Shown: positions 18,360 to 26,311 of the stretch, in pieces
How the letters are laid out: every line of letters starts with the position of its first letter
Numbering within the stretch: position 1 is the first letter of the stretch
Translations under genes and position numbers: made by a program
Notes under the pieces: model-generated
Told to the model about the DNA's origin: nothing
Databases searched by the model: none
The model's input: only the letters and a program-made list of their open reading frames with translations
Origin: an uncultured Lentisphaerota bacterium
Lineage (GTDB): Bacteria; Verrucomicrobiota; Lentisphaeria; Victivallales; UBA1829
NCBI GenBank assembly: GCA_900320095.1
Contig: ONQZ01000001.1
Location: forward strand, 19,174-83,173
DNA: 64,000 nucleotides
Reading direction: 5' to 3'

Positions 18360-19762
18360 CCATGGAGTATTCCAACAGTCCCGAACGCCAGCGCCGCGAG
18401 CTCATGATCCGGATCGCCTGCGAGTTTCAGAAAGGAACGCTTCCTGATACGATCGACAAGCTCCCCTTCTACGTGAAACCGTCCGGCTCCAAGCCGCTCC
18501 ACTGCTGTCTCGCGCACGACCGCGAGGTGATTCGCAGCCGCATCATGGCGCTCCTCGGGTTCGACGCGCAGAACGAGGAGGACGACAGCCGGTTCCCGCA
18601 CGAATATCTTGAGCTCGTTTCCGCGGATTCGGAACGTCCGGAGCGTCCCCTCACGATCGCCCGGTTGGCGTGTTCCAGCTGCGCCGACGCGAAGATCGAG
18701 GTCGTCCAGAGCCTCTGCCGCAACTGTTTCGCGCAGACCTGCATCCACGTCTGCCCGAACAACGCCATCAACATCATGCGCGGCAAGGCGTACATCAACC
18801 AGGAATCGTGCGTGCAGTGCGGCAAATGCCTCATCGACGTCTGCCTCTACAACGCCATCAAGCGTTTCCCGATCCCCTGCGAGGCCGCCTGCCCGGTCGG
18901 CGCGATCAAGAAGAATGAACAGGGCTATGCCGAGATCGACTTCAAGAAATGCACGTTCTGCGGCAAGTGCTTCCGCGCCTGCCCCTACGGTGCCGTCATG
19001 CAGCGGTCCGAGCTCATGCCCGTGCTGAAGCTGCTGACTGAGGGCCGCCAGGCCGTCGCGCTGGTCGCCCCGTCCACGTACGGCCAGTTCCCCGGCGGAC
19101 GCGAAAAACTGTTCAAATCCCTGCGGAAAGTCGGTTTTTCGGAGATCGTCGAGGTCGCCGAAGCCGCCGAGACCGCAGCGGGCATGGCGGCGGAGGATTT
19201 CATCCGCAAGATGAAGCTCGGCGGCAAGCTCGTCGCCGATTCCAGCTGCCCGGCGTTTGTCGAGCTCGTCCGGCGGCATCTCCCCGCCATGCGCCCCTAC
19301 CTCTCGTCCGTGCCGAGCGCCATGGCGCTTGCCGGAAAGAAGGCGCGCGAGCTTTATCCCGACGCCGTGAACGTCTTCATCGGCCCGTGCATCGCCAAGC
19401 GCTACGAATCGCTGTCCTGCCCCGGCGTGGACCGCGTGATCACGGTCGAGGAACTCGGCGCGATCCTCATCGCGCTCGGCGGCACCGAACTGGAGCCGCA
19501 GGACTACATCCCGCAGGACCCGGACGTGGCGGAGCACGATTTCTCGCGCACCTGCGCCGCCACGGGAGCCATGCTCGCCGCCGCGCTCGAATCCGAACCG
19601 GAGCTTGAGCTTCAGGAGAAGTTCATCGACGGCATCAATGCCCAGACGCTGAAACTGCTCCACCTCTTCCTGTTCGGCAGGTCGCACGCCAACTTCATCG
19701 AGGTGCTCGGATGCAGCGGCGGCTGCCAGAACGGCCCCTGCTCCCTCTCCATTCCGAACTGA
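18356..19762 (+). CDS. [FeFe]-hydrogenase-like protein (N-terminal 4Fe-4S ferredoxin domains + H-cluster domain)
   Basis: Start at ATG 18356 (MTMEYS). Ferredoxin motifs are CVQCGKCLIDVC and CTFCGKCFRACP. H-cluster-type motifs are ADSSCPAFV (L1-like), GPCIAKRYE (L2-like) and EVLGCSGGCQNGP (L3-like). Confidence 0.8.
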   Translation: MTMEYSNSPERQRRELMIRIACEFQKGTLPDTIDKLPFYVKPSGSKPLHCCLAHDREVIRSRIMALLGFDAQNEEDDSRFPHEYLELVSADSERPERPLTIARLACSSCADAKIEVVQSLCRNCFAQTCIHVCPNNAINIMRGKAYINQESCVQCGKCLIDVCLYNAIKRFPIPCEAACPVGAIKKNEQGYAEIDFKKCTFCGKCFRACPYGAVMQRSELMPVLKLLTEGRQAVALVAPSTYGQFPGGREKLFKSLRKVGFSEIVEVAEAAETAAGMAAEDFIRKMKLGGKLVADSSCPAFVELVRRHLPAMRPYLSSVPSAMALAGKKARELYPDAVNVFIGPCIAKRYESLSCPGVDRVITVEELGAILIALGGTELEPQDYIPQDPDVAEHDFSRTCAATGAMLAAALESEPELELQEKFIDGINAQTLKLLHLFLFGRSHANFIEVLGCSGGCQNGPCSLSIPN

Positions 19763-19776
19763 GTTCCACGGGGGTC

Positions 19777-20316
19777 ATGATGAGATCAGCTTTTTCCCGG
19801 TTTCTTCTGTGTTCATTCGTGGCCTGCGCGGCCCTGCTGTCTGTTGCCGCCGGGCTCCGCGCCGCCGATCCCGCGCCGAAGGCCGACGAATCCGGCTGGA
19901 TCCTGCCCGATGCGAAGAGCGCCGGGACGGGCTGGCATCTCCGGCTGAAGGACGCCCGCGCCGAGGCGGCAAAGGACGACAAGCCCATCCTCATCCTGTT
20001 CACCGGACCGGACTGGAGTTCCGCCAGCAAGAAGTTCGAATCCTCGATCCTCCGTTCAAAAGAATACGCCGCGTCGATCCGCCCGGCGGTGGTCGGCTTG
20101 TACATTCAGCACTTTGTGAAGACGGACGCGCCGGAGGAACAGGTCTCCGCGAACCAGTCTCTGCGGAAATCGCTGAGCGTTCCGGCGGTCTACCCGTGCA
20201 CGGTCGTCCTGGCCTCCGACGGCAAAAAGATCCTCGGGATCATCCCCGGCGTACCGGACAAGAAAGACTATCTCCAGCAGGTTTCCAATCTCACCGGCAT
20301 CAAGCTTGCCGAGTGA
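19777..20316 (+). CDS. secreted thioredoxin-fold protein lacking the CxxC pair
   Basis: Start at ATG 19777 (MMRSAFSRFLLCSFVACAALLSVAAGLRA, a signal peptide). KPILILFTGPDWSSASKKF occupies the position of the WCxxC motif of thioredoxin-like proteins. Confidence 0.55.
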   Translation: MMRSAFSRFLLCSFVACAALLSVAAGLRAADPAPKADESGWILPDAKSAGTGWHLRLKDARAEAAKDDKPILILFTGPDWSSASKKFESSILRSKEYAASIRPAVVGLYIQHFVKTDAPEEQVSANQSLRKSLSVPAVYPCTVVLASDGKKILGIIPGVPDKKDYLQQVSNLTGIKLAE

Positions 20317-20395
20317 TTTCCGCCGTCCGGCGAAAACCTGTCTTTCCTTTTCGGGAAAACCGTACCCCGCGGATTGACTTTTTTCTTTTTTCCTC

Positions 20396-20424
20396 TTGAC
20401 TTACTTTTTATTTCAGGATATATT
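20396..20424 (+). promoter_or_regulatory. putative sigma70-type promoter
   Basis: TTGACT (20396-20401), a 17-nt spacer, then TATATT (20419-20424). About 90 nt upstream of the lipoprotein ATG at 20517. Confidence 0.45.
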
Positions 20425-20516
20425 ACAGAATATATTGTTTTTTTATCCGGGCGCGGGCTTCCGCCGGATGACAGCGGATGACCGCCCGGAACAACCTGCA
20501 AAATCAGGAGCAGACT

Positions 20517-21263
20517 ATGAAACATCAGATTTGCCGCACCGTGCTTGCGGCAGCGGCGGTGACCGCCGGCGTGTTCCTGTCGGCATGCGGCCTCTTCCGC
20601 GACACCACGGACAGCATGTTCGACGACGCCGAGGATGCCATTGCGACCGACTGGACCGCGTCCAACATCAAAACCGCGCAGTTCGAATACGAATTCGGCG
20701 ACGGGAAGTCCGCCACGATCCGGTTCCAAGTGCCGGGCGATGTCCGCATCGACGTGCTGGACGGCGTCAATTCCGCAGTGTTCTGCCTGAACCACAGCGC
20801 ATCCGGCTGGATGTTCCTGCGCGGAGAAGTGTTCGACATGACGGCGGAAGACATCATGGAAATGCACGGCGCCCTGCTTCAGACGATCCCGTTCAAAGTC
20901 GACTATCAGGACATCTTCACCAACGCCGAGCTTCAGGAAACCCCCGAGGATGCCTGCGGCGAGGAATGCAACGTGATCACCGCGGTCTTCCGCCGCGCTC
21001 CGGAAGTCGCGGCAAAGCTCTGGATCGGAAAGAAATCCGACCTGCTCCGCCAGTTCGAAGTCACCAGAGAAGACGGCGTCTACACGATGCAGTATTTCGA
21101 CTACCGCACCTACGGCGACGTCACGCTTCCTTCGGAGATGTTCAGATTCACGCCGGAAGGAGCCACGAAGCTGTCGCTGATCTCGTTTGAAACGAACATC
21201 GAGATCCCGGAACATGTGTTCCGGAAGCCCGTAAAATTCAGTATCCCGGAAGGAGACAAATAA
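20517..21263 (+). CDS. lipoprotein, LolA-like / lipoprotein-sorting-fold candidate
   Basis: Start at ATG 20517 (MKHQICRTVLAAAAVTAGVFLSACG, signal peptide plus lipobox). No catalytic motifs. The fold assignment is only a guess from length and beta-rich pattern. Confidence 0.55.
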   Translation: MKHQICRTVLAAAAVTAGVFLSACGLFRDTTDSMFDDAEDAIATDWTASNIKTAQFEYEFGDGKSATIRFQVPGDVRIDVLDGVNSAVFCLNHSASGWMFLRGEVFDMTAEDIMEMHGALLQTIPFKVDYQDIFTNAELQETPEDACGEECNVITAVFRRAPEVAAKLWIGKKSDLLRQFEVTREDGVYTMQYFDYRTYGDVTLPSEMFRFTPEGATKLSLISFETNIEIPEHVFRKPVKFSIPEGDK

Positions 21264-21976
21264 TGAAGCACACCGCACAATATGCCGTTCTGGCGGCTCT
21301 TCTGTTTGCAGGCGCCGCCGTGTTCGCCGCGGATAATAAATCCGGCAGTGTGGAAAAGCACACCATCAAGCTGAAAAACGGAAAAGTCATGGAGGATGCT
21401 GTCATCCTCGACAGGAAGCCGAACGGGGTCACGTTCGGAAATAAAGAAGGATGCACCTTCGTCCCCTATTCCGACATGCCGTCCGACGTCCAGAAGTATT
21501 TCGGCTACGATCCGATCAAGTCCGCCCGCTACGAAAAGAAAATAGACGACCAGAAAAAGGCCAACCAAAGAGCGCAGGAAGCACAGAAGGCCAAGGCGGA
21601 AAAGCTGAAGGTCGAACAGGACAAGCGCAACAAGGACCGGCGGATCAGCCAGCAGCAGCAGAAAGTCCGCAAACTCGAACTTGAGCTCGAAGAAGCGAAG
21701 AAAAAACTTGAAACCACGGAAAGCACCGTCAGCGAGGACCGCGGCGCGCTCGTGTCCACCCTCAACAACAACTCGCGTGTCAGCGTCGACACCCCGTGGG
21801 GCGTCGGTCGCATCAGGACCAGTTCGAACAACAGCGCCGTCAGAAACAAGCTCACGAAGGAAGTGGATACCCTGAGCGCGAAACGCGACAACCAGGCGCA
21901 GGACGTGATCAATCTGCAGCTGAAGCTCGAAGCCGCGCAGAAAACGCTCAACACGCTTCTTGAGAACAGCAAGTAA
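21263..21976 (+). CDS. secreted coiled-coil protein, function unknown
   Basis: Signal peptide MKHTAQYAVLAALLFAGAAVFAA. Long Lys/Glu/Gln heptad-like stretch (KKANQRAQEAQKAKAEKLKVEQDKRNK...LELELEEAKKKLE). 1-nt overlap (TAATG) with the preceding gene. Confidence 0.6.
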   Translation: MKHTAQYAVLAALLFAGAAVFAADNKSGSVEKHTIKLKNGKVMEDAVILDRKPNGVTFGNKEGCTFVPYSDMPSDVQKYFGYDPIKSARYEKKIDDQKKANQRAQEAQKAKAEKLKVEQDKRNKDRRISQQQQKVRKLELELEEAKKKLETTESTVSEDRGALVSTLNNNSRVSVDTPWGVGRIRTSSNNSAVRNKLTKEVDTLSAKRDNQAQDVINLQLKLEAAQKTLNTLLENSK

Positions 21977-22002
21977 GCGGCACGAAACGAACGGGTTCCC
22001 GT

Positions 22003-22048
22003 AAAAAAAACAGGCATGCCCGGTCAACCGGCCGGACATGCTTTTTTG
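22003..22048. terminator. bidirectional intrinsic terminator between convergent genes
   Basis: A8 run (22003-22010). Stem GCATGCCCGG / CCGGACATGC (22014-22041) has one mismatch and an 8-nt loop. T6 run (22042-22047). Confidence 0.55.
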
Positions 22049-22085
22049 TGTCTGTTTGAGGGAGGCGTCCTGCGGCGTCCGGGCG

Positions 22086-23063
22086 TTACAGCGACTCGCG
22101 GACGCCCGGGACCTTGCTCATCTTCAGGACGGAGATGGACGGCGTTTCCGGCACGATCAGGGCGTCAAGCTCCGATTCGTCCACATGCACCACCTGGGAG
22201 ACGGGTTCCTCCGCGGGCTGGACGGTACTCATCGCGGCGGCGGGATCGCGGGCCGGGACCGGCTCGGACGTCCTGACGTACTTGACGATCACGAGGACGA
22301 TCAGCCAGATCAGGGCGGCGGCAACAAGGCCGAGGACGACGAAGATGCCGATCGTGATGTTGCGGATGCGTTTGTTCTCGCCCTCGTTCACCAGCGCGCC
22401 TTCGTTCACGGATTCCAGGAGCTTGTCCGAAAGCTCCTCGGGATCCTGCGGCGTTTCCTCGCGGAGCTTGTCCAGCAGGACGTCGCTGTCCGCCTTAGTG
22501 AGGTCGTAGACCTCGATGAGCTTGCGGACGTAGGCGGAAACGTAAACGGGCGGAAGCTTCTCAAGAAGCTCGTCGGATTCGAGTTCGGTGATGTACTCCA
22601 GGCGGATGCGCGTGTGCGCCGCGACCTCCTCCGGAGACATCCCGCGCGCATTGCGGATCGCCGACAGCATCTGCCCCAGCGACTGCGCCGGCTGGAGCGC
22701 GTGCGGAAGCGGTTTGTGCGTCTGCGCGGCCGCGGTCGAGGCGGAAGGCGGCGGGAACGAGGCGCGTCCGGCACGCGGAGACACGATGCCGGGCCGCGCG
22801 GGAGAGGGCTGTTTGCGCGGCGGAGGCGGAGGCGCGACGACCGGAGAATCGTCCGAAGGAGCGCCCGTTTCCGGAACAGGCCGTTCCGCCGGTTTCGGAG
22901 CAGGACTGTCCTGCACGGCTGTCTTATCTTCAACAGGGATCTCACCGTTCGCGGCGGGCGCGCCGGATTCCGGTTCCGCGGGCGTTTCATCCGGGACGGA
23001 CTGATCGGAAAAGAGATTCAGTTCCTGTTCATTCTTTGCTGCGGGATCTTCTGGATCGGTCAT
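22086..23063 (-). CDS. RodZ-like HTH membrane protein
   Basis: Pro/Ala-rich N-terminus. HTH-like segment LGQMLSAIRNARGMSPEEVAAHTRIRLEYITELE. Single TM NITIGIFVVLGLVAAALIWLIVLVIV. Confidence 0.55.
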   Translation of the reverse strand: MTDPEDPAAKNEQELNLFSDQSVPDETPAEPESGAPAANGEIPVEDKTAVQDSPAPKPAERPVPETGAPSDDSPVVAPPPPPRKQPSPARPGIVSPRAGRASFPPPSASTAAAQTHKPLPHALQPAQSLGQMLSAIRNARGMSPEEVAAHTRIRLEYITELESDELLEKLPPVYVSAYVRKLIEVYDLTKADSDVLLDKLREETPQDPEELSDKLLESVNEGALVNEGENKRIRNITIGIFVVLGLVAAALIWLIVLVIVKYVRTSEPVPARDPAAAMSTVQPAEEPVSQVVHVDESELDALIVPETPSISVLKMSKVPGVRESL

Positions 23064-23074
23064 GGTTCGATACC

Positions 23075-26047
23075 TCAGTCATTGGGCGTTTCCAGTCCGT
23101 CCGTGATCAGGATGGTGCGTTTCTGTCCGCCGGGAAGCGGGGCGCTGATCACGTGGCGCTGTTCGAGTTTATCAATAATGTCGGCGGCCTTGTTGTAGCC
23201 GATGCCGAGTCTGCGCTGGAGATAGGACGTGCTGACCTGCTGCTCGTTGATAATGATCTCGAGCGCGCGGACCATGATGGGCGGGTCGGTCGGCTGCAGG
23301 TACTTGTCCGCGGCGGCCTTGACGATATCGGAATTCGCCATGCCGTCGATCTCGTCGTAGTCGTCAAGCTCGTCGTCGTAGCCTCCGCCGTCGCGGGAAC
23401 CGCCCCGCGAGGCTTTCCCCTTGCCGCGGCGGCCTTTGGCGTCTTCTTCCTCTTCCTCCTCGTCGCCGCCCGCGAAAATACCGTCGTCGAACAGCTGCGG
23501 ACGCTGCGCCGCGACCTCATCGATGACCTTGGCGATCTCGGAGTCGGAGACGTACGCGCCCTGAATGCGCTCGAGGTTGGCGGCGCCCGGCGGATTGAAC
23601 AGCATGTCGCCGTTGCCGAGCAGTTTTTCCGCGCCGACGGCGTCCAGGATCACGCGGCTATCCATGCCGTTGCTGACGCGGAACGCGATCTTGGTCGGGA
23701 TGTTCGCCTTGATGAGGCCGGTGACGACCTCCTTGCGGGGCGACTGCGTGGCGATGACCAGGTGGACGCCCGCGGCGCGGCCCTTCTGCGCGATGCGGCA
23801 GATGCTGGTCTCCACGTCGCTCTTCGCGTCCGTCATCATGATGTCGGCGAGCTCGTCGATGATGATGATCAGGATCGGGAGCTTCGGCGGGACCACCTCG
23901 CCGTAGTCGTCGATGACCGGCTGCGGATCCGGCGGACGCGAGTTGAACGCCGCCAGGTTCTTCGCCTTGACTTTCGCCAGCACCATGTAGCGGCGCTCCA
24001 TCTCGTTGACGCCCCAGCGGAGCGCCAGCGGCACTTTCTTCGGGTCGTTCACGACCGGCGTGATGAGGTGCGGGATCGGACGGTACATCTCCAGCTCCAC
24101 GACCTTCGGGTCGACCATGATGAGCTTCAGCTCGTCCGGCGAGAACCGGAAAAGCAGGCTCATGATGAGGGTGTTCATGCAGACGGACTTGCCGGAGCCG
24201 GTGGAGCCGGCGATCAGCAGGTGCGGCGCTTTGGAAAGGTCGGTCAGGTAGACGCTGCCCGCGATGTCGCGTCCGAGCAGGATCGGGATGGCGGCGCGGG
24301 ATTCGCGCCAGGTGGCGGATTCCAGCAGCGGACGCAGGTAGACCGTGCTCGACGCCTTGTTCGGGACTTCGATGCCGACGGCGTCCTTGCCGGGGATGGG
24401 CGCACGGATGCGGATGCTCTGCGCCTCCATCGCCATGGCGATGTTGTTCTGGATGCTGGTGACCTTCTCCACGCGGACGCCCGGATTCAGCGCGATCTCG
24501 AACTGCGTGACGCGCGGCCCGACGGTGATGTTCGACACATAGCCGTTCACGCCGAAGCTCTCCAGCGTCTTTTCCAGGCTCAGGCTCGCCTCGCGGATGT
24601 ACGCCTGGTCCTCCTCGGCGATCGCGTCGCCGTGGCGGTCCAGCAGCATCGGGCTGGGCAGATGGTATTCCTCGTAGACCGGAGGCGGCGGGGGCGGTTC
24701 GTCGGCGGGAGCGGGCGGCGGAGAGGCATGGTCGAATTTCTTTTTGTTCTCCGCGAACGTCTGCACGGGGATCACGCGCGGCGCGGGCTGAGGCGCGGGC
24801 GCCGGAATAACAGGTTCTTCCTCAATGTCAGCTTCCGGTTCGGCTTCGGGGTATGCGGCGGCGGGCTCTTCCGGTTCGTCGTAATTCTCTTCCTGCGGCT
24901 GAGGCGCGGGCGCCGGAGCCGGAGCAGGCTGAGGCACGGGAGCAGGTGCCGGAGCGGGCGCGACAGGTCTCGGACGCGGCGTGACGACCAGCTCGTCGGG
25001 ATCGCGGATGACCGCGCCCGGCGCAGGCTGAACGTTTCTGCGTTTCTGAGGCGGCGCGACGACTTCGCTCGGGTCGCGGATGACCGCCGAAGGCCGCTGC
25101 ATGGTCTGCGCCGGAGGCCGGACCGGCGGCGCGACGATGTCGTCCTCTTCGTTTTCGTCTTCCGGTCCGTCCGGTTTCGCGGGCGGGGCAGTGCGGAGGC
25201 CGAGGAATTTTCCGAGCGCGGTTTTGAATCCGGACGGCTTTTCCTCCGCCACTTCCTCCGGTTCCCCGTCTTCTTCGGCTTCCTCCTCGCCGTACTGGTG
25301 GATCTCCGGCGCGGACGCGGGCGGCGTCCAGACCTCGCCCTCGGGATTGCCGGGCGTATAGATTTTGCCGGGACGTCCGGCGGGAACAGGCTGGACTTCC
25401 GGTTCGTCCGCTGCCTCGGGCTCCGGCTGTTTCGGATCGGCGCGGAATGCGACTTTCAGGAGCGGGAGCCAGTCGCGGATGAACAGGAACACGAGCGCGG
25501 GCAGCAGGAACGCCAGCGCGACCAGGATCGTGCCGACGTCGCCGATGTAGCGGCGGACCAGTCCGGCGTCGAGCGCCGCGGACGCCTGCGGAGCTGCCAG
25601 AGCCGCCCCGACCACGCCACCGGACAGCGCCAGCGAGGACTGTTCCATGCGGCCGATGCCCAGGTGGTCCGTCTCCGCGATGAACTGCTGCGGACACATG
25701 GCAAACAGCATGGACGTGCCGAGCAGGATCGCGGGGAGCGCCCACCACAGCGTGCCGCGCCGCGGCAGTCCGGGGATGAACCGCCGGAGCAGCAGCAGGA
25801 ACACGATCAGCAGGAAGGGATACGTGGCGAGTCCGAACGTATAAAACATCACCCGGGCGGTGTGCGCGCCGAGGAATCCGATCCAGTTGTGATAGATCGC
25901 CGGACCGCCGATCCCGCCTTCCAGCAGGGCCAGGTCCGTTCTGTCGTGTGATAAAATGGCGCAGGCGAACAGCAGGAACAATGCGGTCCGGAGGTAGTTT
26001 CCGAAATTCCACACGCTGCGTTCTTCCATGCCCTGATCCAGTTCCAT
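23075..26047 (-). CDS. ftsK: DNA translocase FtsK/SpoIIIE
   Basis: 4 N-terminal TM helices and a long Pro/Ala/Glu linker. Motor domain LLIAGSTGSGKSVCMNTLI...LILIIIIDELADIMM. C-terminal gamma winged-helix VSTSYLQRRLGIGYNKAADIIDKLE. Confidence 0.95.
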   Translation of the reverse strand: MELDQGMEERSVWNFGNYLRTALFLLFACAILSHDRTDLALLEGGIGGPAIYHNWIGFLGAHTARVMFYTFGLATYPFLLIVFLLLLRRFIPGLPRRGTLWWALPAILLGTSMLFAMCPQQFIAETDHLGIGRMEQSSLALSGGVVGAALAAPQASAALDAGLVRRYIGDVGTILVALAFLLPALVFLFIRDWLPLLKVAFRADPKQPEPEAADEPEVQPVPAGRPGKIYTPGNPEGEVWTPPASAPEIHQYGEEEAEEDGEPEEVAEEKPSGFKTALGKFLGLRTAPPAKPDGPEDENEEDDIVAPPVRPPAQTMQRPSAVIRDPSEVVAPPQKRRNVQPAPGAVIRDPDELVVTPRPRPVAPAPAPAPVPQPAPAPAPAPQPQEENYDEPEEPAAAYPEAEPEADIEEEPVIPAPAPQPAPRVIPVQTFAENKKKFDHASPPPAPADEPPPPPPVYEEYHLPSPMLLDRHGDAIAEEDQAYIREASLSLEKTLESFGVNGYVSNITVGPRVTQFEIALNPGVRVEKVTSIQNNIAMAMEAQSIRIRAPIPGKDAVGIEVPNKASSTVYLRPLLESATWRESRAAIPILLGRDIAGSVYLTDLSKAPHLLIAGSTGSGKSVCMNTLIMSLLFRFSPDELKLIMVDPKVVELEMYRPIPHLITPVVNDPKKVPLALRWGVNEMERRYMVLAKVKAKNLAAFNSRPPDPQPVIDDYGEVVPPKLPILIIIIDELADIMMTDAKSDVETSICRIAQKGRAAGVHLVIATQSPRKEVVTGLIKANIPTKIAFRVSNGMDSRVILDAVGAEKLLGNGDMLFNPPGAANLERIQGAYVSDSEIAKVIDEVAAQRPQLFDDGIFAGGDEEEEEEDAKGRRGKGKASRGGSRDGGGYDDELDDYDEIDGMANSDIVKAAADKYLQPTDPPIMVRALEIIINEQQVSTSYLQRRLGIGYNKAADIIDKLEQRHVISAPLPGGQKRTILITDGLETPND

Positions 26048-26259
26048 TCTGCTTCTTCTCCGTCGTTTCGTTACAGCATAACAAAATAAGATAGCACAAA
26101 TCCCGATTTATGAAAGCCGGAAACGTTCATTTTTCCCGTTTTTTTTAAAAAAAACGCGGAAACGCCGTCACGGGACCCGCGCCGCCGGAAAAAACGTCGA
26201 AAAAAAAGCGCCAGAACGACGTTTTTTCGGAAAAAACGATTCGTTTTTGGACGGATTTA

Positions 26260-26271
26260 TGCTATATTATA
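26260..26271 (+). promoter_or_regulatory. extended -10 element upstream of the purF-like gene
   Basis: TGCTATATTATA at 26260-26271, about 40 nt upstream of ATG 26312. The -35 is weak (TTCGTT at 17 nt). Confidence 0.35.
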
Positions 26272-26311
26272 CCATTGTATTTTCCCCAACCCAAACAAGG
26301 AGCAGCTCGCT

